DNA of 64,000 bases from Octopus sinensis (lineage: Eukaryota), in NCBI RefSeq assembly GCF_006345805.1, contig NC_043013.1:15376001-15440000 (forward strand), written 5' to 3'. A program made the position numbers and the translations under genes. Below, piece by piece: positions 63,944 through 64,000 of the stretch (positions are counted from its first letter, which is position 1; the number at the start of each line of letters is the position of its first letter). The notes below the pieces were generated by a model, which saw nothing but the letters and a program-made list of their open reading frames with translations, was not told the DNA's origin and did no database searches.

Positions 63944-64000
63944 CTAGCAGTATCACCCGGCGTTGCTCGGGTTTGTAAGGGAAATAACTATATAAGCATT
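63944..64000 (-). mobile_element. Helitron 3' end (family of 28214), truncated by the window edge
   Basis: actagcagtatcacccggcgttgctcgggtttgtaaggg, nearly identical to 28213-28270. Confidence 0.78.

Overview
AT-rich, repeat-saturated metazoan genomic DNA, most likely Octopus (inferred from the repeat content, not verified). The only host protein-coding gene I can support is the 3' part of DHX38/PRP16, the spliceosomal DEAH-box helicase. It has seven GT-AG exons on the + strand between 30447 and 61287, which splice in frame to 253 aa ending ...SSGKFGL*, followed by AATAAA at 61355. I found no upstream DHX38 exon in the first 30.4 kb, which contains a 100-N gap at 11523-11622. The rest is TE debris: RTE LINE fragments and many RTE 3' ends with (GAT)n tails, two tRNA-derived SINE families, mariner (DD34D) and maT-type (DD37D) transposons, Penelope-like GIY-YIG fragments, non-autonomous Helitrons, TTAA MITEs, fold-back elements and microsatellites. 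Nearly all entries in the ORF track are microsatellite or TE artefacts. Best leads: (1) a near-intact minimal hammerhead ribozyme at 14115-14162 plus decayed relatives in Penelope-like termini; (2) a CCAAT/CRE/TATA antisense promoter next to the gap, whose predicted first exon could splice directly onto an RTE-derived 142-aa ORF with an apparently new ATG; (3) a ~580-bp near-identical inverted repeat bracketing two phase-0 DHX38 exons (circRNA or ADAR substrate); (4) an intronic array of RFX X-box-like palindromes. All were read by eye and none was computed or searched.
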